Assembly (NCBI GenBank): GCA_002269645.1
Contig: NIVC01000946.1
Span: 248,001-312,000, forward strand
DNA: 64,000 bases
From: Macrostomum lignano
Lineage: Eukaryota
Reading direction: 5' to 3'
A program made the translations under genes and the position numbers. Below the pieces are notes generated by a model, which was not told the origin of the DNA, searched no databases, and saw only the letters and a program-made list of their open reading frames with translations. Positions 36,119 to 47,699 of the stretch are shown here, one piece after another (the first letter of the stretch is position 1; each line of letters opens with the position of its first letter).

Positions 36119-38944
36119 GAGCTCTCCTTTATTTATAAAAATGAGCATCATTAAATCCGATGGCATTCCAGATTCTAGGCCTCGTACTCCTGGCAGGCAG
36201 TCCGCTATCTTGCTTTGAATTTTGTTGTCATCAAAGCTCAATCCTGGAGGCTTTGCAGTGACTTACTTTGTTATCTATATCTGTTGCCAAGTCTTACTGG
36301 ATAATATTCTCACTCGAGGCCTAGGGGCTAGAGAGGCCTAGATGATCCCAACTGCCCGTTTTCAAATCCCTTGCTCGAATCCCTTTGATCCTAGGGATAG
36401 TTTCAAGGCTTCGAGACGCCTCGGCTAATATCTATAAGCGAAGTAGCCATTGTTACGTAATCGGTGGTAGCCGGCCAGCAAATTCCTCAGCAGCAGCAGC
36501 AGCAGCAGCTGTTTCTCGCGCCCACTGCAGTCAGGGCTGGCCCCTCCCCGCCAAATCCTTGGGAAATAATCCCAATCCCTAAACGACTGGCTCGCCTGAT
36601 ACTGATGAAAAAAATTAGTCCAGTTCCCTGTCCCTCTTTCACAGATATCTGTGCGAATTTGAAAGCATCGGCTATCCAGCCGAGCCCCTAACAGCTTACG
36701 TCAGTCCAGATGAATAGCGAAGGGGTTTTTTACACTCTAAAATCACTCCCTCACCCCCACTTCAACCTTGCTGGCTGGCTCCGCCTGTCTGTGACGGCAC
36801 CGAGGCTCAGATATATTTAGGCTGTTTTAAACTGTCTTATTTCTCGAAATGGCTTAGCAACTGTTAGGATTAATTCTACCCCCCACTTATTTCTAGGAAA
36901 GCTGCGAGGATGTAAAGGCACTGACTTTGACACCCAACACGGGGAGCTGCTGGCTTCCAGCTTCAAATGCGTTGTGTTGATGTCTCTCTTCTGCTAGTAG
37001 GGAAGTGGCAGAAAGGTTGATAGAACTCCTCCGAGTGGCGAAAGGGTCTGTCTTTCATCTGTGCCTGAAATTGGAGTCATTTAAATGCATAGATCAATTG
37101 GAATCTACAGGTAATCTATTAATCTTCTGAATGACTATCTACTCTACAGGTATCTTCTGGATGAGTATCTACAGGTAATCTTGTAATCTTCTGGATGAGT
37201 ACCTACAGGTAATATTGTAATCTTCTGAATGAGTACCTACAGGTAATCTTGCAATCTTCTGGATGAGTATCTACAGGCGATGTGCCAGTCTTCTACGAAC
37301 GCAAGTGAGCATCTAAAGGTAATCTGACGTCTTTTGAATGAGAATTACTCGATTAAATCTAGAAGGAGGTTAAGGACCAGCTGATCAATTGAAGACAGCT
37401 CATTAATAAGCATTATGGACAGCAGCAATAAAGACAAATAGCCTCTTCAATTTAATCCCCGATTGCAACTGCAACTGACTGACTGCCCAAGCTCAGCCTG
37501 CACTGTCTGGGTGGAAATCCTGCCGATACAAAAGGCGTCAAATCCGACCTCCCTGCTGAGTCAATCGGCCTTCTAAATCCTTTTCCCGGGATTTTGTAAC
37601 CCGATATCCCCCGTAACTAATCCCGCAACCTGCACCGGTCTGTCTGACCCCCGTGACCCCCCCATGCGGATTGAGTTTTGATCCCCAATTGGGAAGCGGG
37701 CTGCAGGCTGTACAGATTTCAATCCCTCCCTTATTAAGCATATCTCCCCCTGTCCCTTCCAGCAATGCCACACGATATATTGCGTTACCCCAATCGAGGT
37801 AATGAATCGGACGGGCGGAGGTGCGGGCGGAAGTTCGAACTCGCAAGGGCTTAGCAGTGGAGCTTTAAATGCAAAATCTGGAATTTGTTGGATGAATTGA
37901 TTTGTGGCTGCCGTGTAAGGAACTCAAGATTGTGATGCAAAGGACACTAAAGCTTAAGTAATGTCTCTTGGTGTTCACACCCTTGACTTACTTTTGAGTC
38001 AGTCAATCTTGAGTCAGTCAATCTTGTGTTCACACCCATTTGAGTTAAAAATTGATGATGAAGAGATGAAGGAGGAGAGAAGAGACAAACCTTGATTTAA
38101 AATAAAATTTACTTAACACTTCATACTATCCATTGAAGCTTACCAACTTCCAGTGCTTTTTAAAGAAAATAACAAACCTTCTAGAAATTCTCCTCCAGAT
38201 CCTATATTCAGATCTCCATGCCTGAACTCGATATCCGGGCTGATCAAGCAGCTCATGGATAGCGGATACATTCTGGCCGAAGCCAGGCTAGAATATGAGC
38301 CTCGATTCTCTTCTCAATTAATGGGATCGGGGAGCGCACAGGCACAGACAAAAAATATAATATCTCTGCCGCTACTGCCCCTGCGGACACTGTGTATCAA
38401 ATCAGACTCAATGACCGGGACTGGATGACAGACATCATACGGAGAGGGGGAGGGGCGGATGGCTCGATGGCGACCCTCCGGTGTTGCGTCATCCGTGATA
38501 GGAAACTGGGAAATGGGATAATTTTCGCACTCCGGGGAAGGAGTCCGGCGCGAGAAATCCCAGTCCCTTATACTCGGGAGTTTTTCCCCAACAGGCTGAC
38601 CCCGGTGGGGTGAAGTCTCCCAGCGATGTGAGAAATTGCCTGGCATGCTGTATTGGGATGCTGAGTGGAGAGTTGATGAAGCTTCACTGGGATTTTGATC
38701 TCATGAATTAATGATGCTTGCTGCTCCGGCCAAAAACTGGAAAATGTGCGTCAGGCGACCCCGCAGAGTTGATGCATTTTGACAGATTTGTTATTCCAAG
38801 AGTTTGCTGTTGCTGGGTCAACTTCGAAGCAAGCTTGTTTTGAGTTTCAAAAGTGAATGCCATATTTATAGCGCCATCTAAATGACAATTCCCTTCTAAT
38901 GACAGCCGCCACTTTCCATGACAACCTCACTTTTCATGAGTGCA

Positions 38945-40017
38945 ATTGATAATGACAGCGCCATTTGTTAATGACAGCGTCGTTGATAATGACAGCGCCA
39001 TTTGTTAATGACAGCGTCGTTGATAATGACAGCGCCATTTGTTAATGACAGCACAATTGATAATGACAGCACCATTTGTTAATGACAGCACAATTGATAA
39101 TGACAGCACAATTGATAATGACAGCGCCATTGATAATGACAGCGTCATTTGTTAATGACAGCACAATTGATAATGACAGCATCATTGATAATGACAGCAT
39201 TATTGATAATGACAGCACCATTGATAATGACAGCGTCATTTGTTAATGACAGCACAATTGATAATGACAGCATCATTGATAATGACAGCATCATTGATAA
39301 TGACAGCATCATTGATAATGACAGCATCATTGATAATGACAGCATCATTGATAATGACAGCATCATTGATAATGACAGCGTCATTTGTTAATGACAGCGC
39401 CACTGATAATGACAGCGCCACTGATAATGACAGCATCATTGATAATGACAGCATCATTGATAATGACAGCATCATTTGTTAATGACAGCACAATTGATAA
39501 TGACAGCATCATTGATAATGACAGCATTATTGATAATGACAGCATCATTGATAATGACAGCATCATTGATAATGACAGCATCATTGATAATGACAGCATC
39601 ATTGATAATGACAGCATCATTGATAATGACAGCATCATTGATAATGACAGCATCATTGATAATGACAGCATCATTGATAATGACAGCGTCATTTGTTAAT
39701 GACAGCGCCACTGATAATGACAGCATCATTGATAATGACAGCATCATTGATAATGACAGCATCATTGATAATGACAGCGCCACTGATAATGACAGCATCA
39801 TTGATAATGACAGCATCATTGATAATGACAGCATCATTGATAATGACAGCATCATTGATAATGACAGCATCATTGATAATGACAGCATCATTGATAATGA
39901 CAGCATCATTGATAATGACAGCATCATTGATAATGACAGCATCATTGATAATGGCAGCATCATTGATAATGACAGCATCATTGATAATGACAGCATCATT
40001 GATAATGGCAGAACAAT
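38945..40017. repeat. 18-bp minisatellite (GATAATGACAGCATCATT), ~1.07 kb
   Basis: A regular 18-nt unit produces the DNDSII/MTASLI/MMLSLS repeat ORFs on both strands. Confidence 0.95.
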
Positions 40018-41661
40018 TGATTAAGTTTATTAACTAGACTTCCTGGGTCAAGTTGCATTCCGAAATGATCATTTTCTCCCAGTCAGTCCTCTCGGAGCGA
40101 GTTTGTGCGGAAGAGCTCGAGAAAACACAGGTCAGGTATAAAAGGAAATTAGTTCGAAATGAGTGAGTCTGAAGCGTGCAGTGGGGTAAGGCAGCTTCAG
40201 GTACGAACATCCAGTTTCTCAACCTTCTCTCCTTTACCTACTCAAACTATATGGCTTGACTTACAAGCTTTCACTCGCGTCCGGGATGCGAAAGTTGAGA
40301 TGGATTGCGTTGAGCATTCAGAGACAGCAAGACAAACTCAGTGAGTGAGTGTGCTATGACGTGGCACAGTGCCCTACAGGCGAGTGTGTGAGTGTGTGTG
40401 TGTGTGTGCTTTCCCCAACCGGCAAGAGTCGCTTGCATGGGAGCGTATATATGCATACAGACATGTATAAGGAAAAGGAAGAAAAATGAATTACAAAGAG
40501 GAAAGAGAGACGCGAAAGAGAGTGAGAGTGAGAGAGAGAGAAAGTGGGCGGAGACCCGGAGACCTCCATGCAGTTCGAGCACCGAGAGAGTGAGTGAGTG
40601 GGACTCAGACCCGCTCCTCTGGCAAACACTTCAGCTCACTTGAGCTATTCACTCTCCCGTTCTGTCTGCCTGATGGAATATTCTATGGCTGCGAGTCCCG
40701 TTCGTTTACAGACTCGAGAGACTCATTGGAGGCTACAGAATTGTGTAATTAACTATTGGCTACCTTCTCAGTAATTAATCTTATTTGCTGGCAACTGTGT
40801 ATGTGCTGTTTTTGCTTTCAATTACCAAAGACAGCGCATAGTAGGGAATGCTAATATGCAGCTAATATGATCTGAGTGTCTATATACAAGATTCAGTGGT
40901 AGATTAAGTGACTGGGATAATCCAATTTCTCTTTGGCAAAGAAGCAAGACAAGCAGAAGTTTCTCCCTGTGTGTGTTTGTTTGTGTTTTTTATTTTGAAA
41001 AGAAGCAAGAAGTCGCAGGAGCACGTAGACACAGAGTTCGAGTTCTCCCAGCCGAAGACAGGAAAAAGACGAATGGCATTCCGAGCGGAAATGTTTTGTA
41101 ATTAACGGGCCCGTCACGGTGGATGAAGGCCTGTCAGCGCGGAATCCCCAGCAGGATGCTGGGATTTACTGCCGTGTCTTTTTGGGGTTTGCAATGGGCC
41201 TGTTCCCCCCTCTCCTCTGTGGCCTTTCTTAGCTCCTTTATTCGCTAACAGAATTCTCTTCCCAAACCCTCCGATCCCCGAGTCTGTGCTCCCAGATCGT
41301 TAGCCGTCAGCGAGGCCGTCAGCGAGGCTCATATCAATATGCAAGTCTGGAAGCCTCATCGCGCCCCGCCCCCCGCATGATGCCCTCGCGAGGGGGGAGT
41401 TATTTTGAGTCCGTTCCGAGTTCCGGGCTGCTGGGAGACGGGGACAGCACGTTGGCTGGCGTGGGAGTTTCTGATGGCCCAGTTTATTCCCACCCTGCCC
41501 CCTTCCCTCCCGTCATCGTCCAGTCTGTTGAGCACGATGTGAACTGCGAGCTCATCGATTGAGCATTGATAGCTGCTTGGGATCCTCAAATGCAACTGGG
41601 GACACTTCTGTGATGTAAGCGGATTAGCAAAATGGAGGATGAAATGAGGGTGCAATCGTGA

Positions 41662-42021
<360 letters not shown>

Positions 42022-42295
42022 TAGCAGCTGGCATTTGTTTATCTCCGAGACAGACCGACTAAAAAATGCTTTTCAAAATCGAATATATTGAAACAGAAAG
42101 ATAATTAATAGCGCCGCAGATTGCTTAATCTCCCACGGGAATCGCTTTACACCAACAGGGAACTCCCCAAGTTCAAGAGACCTGCCATGACGGGGGCGCT
42201 AACCCGGATGTGGGAGATTCTCTCGCCACGTCTCCCGCTTTGCTCTCCCCTCGCTCTTCATTCAGCATTCGGTGGCACGCAAAGGCGTCACAATG

Positions 42296-42297
<2 letters not shown>

Positions 42298-42337
<40 letters not shown>
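42298..42337. repeat. (GA)n microsatellite
   Basis: Direct read. Confidence 0.95.
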
Positions 42338-42339
<2 letters not shown>

Positions 42340-42746
42340 CTTCGTTTGGGTTTTCGGTTTCAAGTTTTCGCCAGCCTCGCCTCGCCGCCCCAGCCCTCCC
42401 ACACACAGCACAGCACAACACAAGGTTCTTATCAAATTTCTCCAGAGCCGATCGTCAAAGATCTCGAAATGAAAGGCGGGCGAGAGGCCCCTTCGCACCT
42501 TATGGTTTGAATTGTAGGGGAACCGCCTCCCCCCAGTTCCAGGTGTCTGCGCCCCGCCCACCCGGCCTCGTGCTCGGGTGCAGAAGAGGCTCGCAATCCA
42601 AGCTCTCCAGGTGCGTTTGCTAGGCCTGCAAAGTTTTGCTCCATAATTTATGACCGCCAGGTTATTGCTCCTGGCGACGGCGAGGGCGGTAGTGGCCCTA
42701 AATCATATTTCTCAATGCTTTTCATTGCTTGTTTTTTGGGATGCCT

Positions 42747-42773
42747 GTGTGTGTGTGTGTGTGTGTGTGTGTG
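42747..42773. repeat. (GT)n microsatellite
   Basis: Direct read. Confidence 0.95.
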
Positions 42774-44227
42774 AGCTCCTTCAGGCTGCTCTTCGCTGTG
42801 ATGACTGACTGCTCACAGCTATAATAAATGCATTCTATACCACAACTGTCAATCAATCTATGCAAAGTCAATATTTTATTTAAAATGCTTTTGCCCGTCA
42901 AAAATCAATATTGGCCCCTGAGCCCATGACTGAGGGCTTATACCGGTAGGCTTATACCTCTATTAAAAAACATAGAGATTCATTTTATCAAAAAATGACG
43001 CAATCTAGTTCCCTGTACCAAAACCAGCGGAACCGGAAGTGTGACGCAACCGTGCTCTTAATTAACCTGGCTTATGCGGTCGGACTGCTCATTATTTTGC
43101 CCCAGATGAGGGTAAATATTCAGACAGTCAGGTGCGCCGCTTTTAATTAATTGCTCTCGAATTGCTCCTGGAAAAGACGATGACTTCCGGGTTTTTAACT
43201 GCATAGAAGGCAGGCGGCAGCTGAGTCGGTAACAATAACTTCAGGAGGGCTGCGGCCCGAATCGTCAGGGTATGCATCAAGAGTCGTTTCACCTTCTGCT
43301 AGCTGGGCAAACATCCTGCGGTTTCCGGTAATTCAAAAACTGTTTGCTCAAAGCAAACTGTTGATGATTAAAAATGGTTATTTGAATAGTAGTTGCCAGA
43401 CACATTAATAAGTATTAGCATAGATTAACAACTGACACAGTATACAGTATTCTGTTAAAGCTTATAACTGTTCCACTGCCTCGCCTGTTTGTCTTTAATC
43501 GCAGAAATGGTCATGCCACATTTTCCTACGCTGCATTGCTCTGCTCTTTCCCCTCCAATTCAAGAGGCTGTGTTTATTTAACTCTCGTGTTTCTGGTGGA
43601 CACAGCATCCAGATGCAGCTGAGAGGCTGGCCAATTAGCAAAACTACTAAAACGCGACAGGAGAGGCTGCCCACTGCAATTCCCTCACACTGAGACAAGT
43701 GTGTGCGGGCCAGCGCCACTTCACCCCGCGCCCCCTTGTTTCCAGGAAACGGCCTGTCCTCCGGGAATTCCCAGCGGACCCAAGCCGGGCAGCGTCTTCG
43801 AAGGTTTCTTCGAAATCTTTCTGCTCCACCGACCGCTTGCTGTTGTTGTAAATTGAGAGCAGAATTGACGGAGGGACATGAGGGGTGAGAACTGTGGGTG
43901 GAGTGCTTCCTTCCCGCCACTCTAATTGGCAAAAGGGTCCCGTATTGACGCTGCCATCATCAGAGGCAGAGCCAACTATTACCAATTCGAGTAGTATAGG
44001 ATAGATAAGAGAATATCCTCTCGCTAAGCTTCCTGCTGTGAATGGACAGACGGAGCAGGAGTGGAACTGGGGACAGAGGGGCAGTCCTGAGGGGATTTCA
44101 AAACAGCGCCTGAAGCGATGCATGCAGATACTTGTTATCAACAGATTCAGACTTTGGTGTGGCCGGGACAGGTTCCGGTACAGCTGCAGTACCGCGTGGC
44201 CATTCAGAAGCAGCTGAGCACAAAATC

Positions 44228-44556
44228 AGCACTCTCAAACCGGCACTCTCAAATTGGCACTCTCAAATTGGCACTCTCAAATCGGCACTCTCAGATCGGC
44301 ACTCTCAGATCGGCACTCTCAGATCGGCACTCTAAAATTGGCACTCTCAGATTGGCACTCTCAAATCGGCACTCTCAAATTGGCACTCTCAAATCGGCAC
44401 TCTCAGATCGGCACTCTCAGATCGGCACTCTCAGATCGGCACTCTCAGATCGGCACTCTCAGATCGGCACTCTCAGATCGGCACTCTCAGATCGGCACTC
44501 TAAAATCGGCACTCTCAGATTGGCACTCTCAGATTGGCACTCTCAAATCGGCACCT
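44228..44556. repeat. 14-bp minisatellite (ATCGGCACTCTCAG), ~23 copies
   Basis: ATCGGC at 44281, 44295... Confidence 0.95.
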
Positions 44557-44747
44557 TCCAGAGTCACAAACACAAAAAATAAAACATGCCAGACAGCTTA
44601 GTCTTACTTGTTCGATTTCTAAAGGCATTTGCCACTCAATAGTTAGTTGGCCATTCTCAGTTATAATTGTTATTTCATTATTATTTGCATTTCTTGTTCA
44701 AGTACACCTTCGCTACTCCATCGTAGGGATTTGAAGTTATCTAATTG

Positions 44748-44749
<2 letters not shown>

Positions 44750-44815
<66 letters not shown>
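44750..44815. repeat. (CT)n microsatellite
   Basis: Direct read. Confidence 0.95.
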
Positions 44816-44819
<4 letters not shown>

Positions 44820-45061
44820 GTGTTACGGTCACACAGTGAATGAAGTCTAAATAAGTCTAAACACGACAGGGCGCAAAGAGTGAGTTCACGGGTGTTGACC
44901 TACTTTCAATTACAATAACTCGCCTCCGAACTCATAATTTCACACTATATGATAGAAAATCATTATTTTAAACTTACGTACGAGCGTATATCAAAGCTGT
45001 ATCTTCAGTAACAACCTCGCTAAACAAGCTCCCTAATACAGCGAACAGCGACTCGATTCTA

Positions 45062-45084
45062 ATTGGCTGCACTGCCCAGCCAAT
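45062..45084. promoter_or_regulatory. Possible paired CCAAT boxes (ATTGG...CCAAT) ~150 bp upstream of the neprilysin-like ATG
   Basis: ATTGG at 45062-45066 and CCAAT at 45080-45084; motif match only. Confidence 0.25.
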
Positions 45085-45229
45085 GAGAGAGGCCGTAGCG
45101 CCCTTGGCCATCAACAATCCGCAATTGTTGAAGTAAAGAAGACGCGAAGCGGCCACTCGGCAGCCGGGCCCAAGTTCTCATCATCTGTCAATCGCACTCG
45201 ATAGGAACCCCATTAGCAATCGCTCAGAT

Positions 45230-47626
45230 ATGCCATCCCTGCACCAGATAGACTCCGGAAACGGCGCCAACGGTTCGAAGCATCGGGTGCACGACGACGG
45301 CGGCGCGGCAGCGACTTCCGCGTCCGGCAGCGGCAGCACTGAGGAGCCATCCGGCGACTCCGAGGCCTGCCTGCCGCGGATGAAGCTCGCCACCAACGGC
45401 GCTGGAGTTGGCAACGGCAACGACGACGGTGTAACAACCCGGAGAAGCCGGTGCAGCGCCCGGACCTGCATCCTGACGGCGGCGGTGATCATTCTGGCGG
45501 GTGGCCTGGCCGCCCTCTGCGTCCTGTACTTCGTGGTTGGACCTGCGCGCGGCTTCAGCTTCGGCTTTGGCGGCGCTGGCGATGGCGGCGCCAAGGGAGG
45601 CGCCGCGGCCAGCAGCCAAATCGGAGCCGAGGGCTGCGCCGTGGTTGTCGCCGCTGCCGGCGCGATGTCGGGCCCGGAGATGGCGGCCGTCACGGCCTTC
45701 ATGCGGCCCGGCGAGTCACCCTGCCGCAGCTTCTACCGGCACGCCTGCGGCGGATTTGCCGACGGTGCCGCCGGCGGTGTCGCCCTGCCCTGGACTGGAG
45801 ACCGGGTCCGGCGCCAGGTTGGCTTCATCGACTTGGCCGGCCGGCGCATCCGGGAATCGCTGCTGGAGTCGCTGCTGCTACCAAAAGAGCTGCTGACCGG
45901 TCCCGGCGCCGCCAGCTGGAAGTCCGCGGTCGGCAATCTGACTTTGGCCTGCTCGCGCCAGCTGGCGCCGCTGACAGCCGAGGAGCTGCGCGCCGTTTTC
46001 GCTGACCGGCGCCGATTCGCCCAGACCGCCCTGCTGGCCAGCCGCTCCGCCGCCTGGGGTGTCGCCGACTCGCCGGAGAAGGTGCTCGCCCAGTTCGCCT
46101 CGCACGGCCTGCCCGTAGCCTTCGAAGTCTCTCCGCAGGTGGCGCAGCCGGCGCCCGTGACGGCCGGCCACCTGCCGCTGTGCTTGCGGCCGGTTCGCCC
46201 CGCCCTGCCGCCGATGCCGCGCGACCGGATGCACCGCCTGATCGCCGCCGCTTTCGAAGCGATGGGCCGCGGCGTGCCGTTTCTCATCGCCGGGAAGATC
46301 CTGGCGCTGCACAACGGCCTGCAAGAGATCCTTCGAAGCGCTGATGTGGCCGACGCCAGCTCAGCGCAGTTCGAGATGCGGCCAATTGCAGCTCTGCACG
46401 CCCTGTTTCCTAATGGCCGTTTCGGCTGGGAGGCCTTCCTGGCCGAGCTGCTGGCCGGCGGCGCCGAAGGCGGCCCGACAGCTTCGAATGTGGCCGGCTA
46501 CTCCTCGGCCTGTCTCAGCGGGGAGCGGACAGTGACGGAGGCGGTCAGGCTGGCGGCCAGCCAGGACCCGGACACCCTCATTGGCTACGCGCTGATCAAC
46601 GCTCTGGCCGGGCTGCGGCCCCACCTCGGACACCTGCTGCCGCCGAAGCTGCTGCAACTTCTGACCGTCGCCACCACATCCGAAGACGTCGCACTCGACA
46701 AGCTGTCGAAACCATCGCAAGTTCCCGACGTCTGCTTGGACACCGCGCTAGCGCTGTTTCCACGAGTTGTGCACCGCGTCCTGGCCGACAAGCACCCGCT
46801 GGGCTCGGCCGAGGGCCTCACGCGCCGAGTGCGGGCCGCCTTGGTTGGCCTCGGGGTCAAGAGCGACGTTGAGGACCTGGCGCTGGACCCATACCTGACC
46901 GGTGGCGGTGCCAGCGCCTACAGTGACGCCGCACTGTCGGCTCTGCACAGCGACCTGAGCCTGCCGGAACCGGAAGAGGGCTACCCAGCCGCTCTGCTGT
47001 CGGCCATGCGCCACGCCTTTCTGGCGCCGCTGCGGGCCGCCCTGCGCGGTCACTCGATAGCGCCGCTTCCATCGTCCAGCGAGCCACTGCTCCTGGCGCG
47101 CGACCTGTCGCCGACGGCTTCCAAGACGCCGGTTTTCGACAGCCGCCTGCCGCTGCATTTCTATCTGGCCGCGCTGGACGGCGCCCAGTTCTCCCTGCTG
47201 CTGGCGCGTCAGCTGATGCCGCCGAGGCCGCGCCCGCCGAAGCCGGAGCTGCTAGCTCTGCACGGCTGCCCGGGCGTCGACTCTGCGATTGCTGCCCGTC
47301 TGGCGACGCTGCGGGTCAGCTTCAAGGCGGCTCTGACCGCTGCGACGGCGTCGTCTGCGTCATCGGAGTCGAGTGCGGCTGACTGGCGCAGAGGATTCTA
47401 CCTGCGCGCCGGGCAGCTGCTCTGCCAGCGGTTCGCTTCGCCCGCCGACGCCGACGGAGCTGCTGCCGCGGTCGACTGGGCCATCGGTGGCCTGCCGGAT
47501 TTCCGGCGCGTCTTCCAGTGCGGCCTGGAGGCTGAGCCGGCGGCCGGAGAGGCGGTGGACCGTCGGAGGGGCTGCCCGAGAGTCCCTGATGGCGGCTCTT
47601 GGGCCGTTGGTGCAACTGCCGCCTGA
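45230..47626 (+). CDS. Intronless neprilysin/ECE (peptidase M13)-like type II membrane protein, 798 aa, predicted catalytically inactive
   Basis: Single TM 'CILTAAVIILAGGLAALCVLYFVVG'. M13 N-terminal signature 'ESPCRSFYRHACGGF' (cf. PCxDFYxxACGxW). C-terminal 'FYLRAGQLLC...VDWAIGGLPDFRRVFQC' (cf. FFxxxAQxWC...RVxxxxxNxxxFxxAFxC). No HExxH was found. Confidence 0.8.
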   Translation: MPSLHQIDSGNGANGSKHRVHDDGGAAATSASGSGSTEEPSGDSEACLPRMKLATNGAGVGNGNDDGVTTRRSRCSARTCILTAAVIILAGGLAALCVLYFVVGPARGFSFGFGGAGDGGAKGGAAASSQIGAEGCAVVVAAAGAMSGPEMAAVTAFMRPGESPCRSFYRHACGGFADGAAGGVALPWTGDRVRRQVGFIDLAGRRIRESLLESLLLPKELLTGPGAASWKSAVGNLTLACSRQLAPLTAEELRAVFADRRRFAQTALLASRSAAWGVADSPEKVLAQFASHGLPVAFEVSPQVAQPAPVTAGHLPLCLRPVRPALPPMPRDRMHRLIAAAFEAMGRGVPFLIAGKILALHNGLQEILRSADVADASSAQFEMRPIAALHALFPNGRFGWEAFLAELLAGGAEGGPTASNVAGYSSACLSGERTVTEAVRLAASQDPDTLIGYALINALAGLRPHLGHLLPPKLLQLLTVATTSEDVALDKLSKPSQVPDVCLDTALALFPRVVHRVLADKHPLGSAEGLTRRVRAALVGLGVKSDVEDLALDPYLTGGGASAYSDAALSALHSDLSLPEPEEGYPAALLSAMRHAFLAPLRAALRGHSIAPLPSSSEPLLLARDLSPTASKTPVFDSRLPLHFYLAALDGAQFSLLLARQLMPPRPRPPKPELLALHGCPGVDSAIAARLATLRVSFKAALTAATASSASSESSAADWRRGFYLRAGQLLCQRFASPADADGAAAAVDWAIGGLPDFRRVFQCGLEAEPAAGEAVDRRRGCPRVPDGGSWAVGATAA

Positions 47627-47699
47627 ATTTGAGAACTTTTATTGATTGAAGCTTTGAGTAACAGCTGCGGAATCCCAAGTATCTGAATTGTTTCTGAAG

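Noticed and set aside
43495-44141. Minus-strand ORFs of 145-164 aa
   Set aside because: No recognisable domain or clear splice framework, and overlapping ORFs suggest chance open frames.
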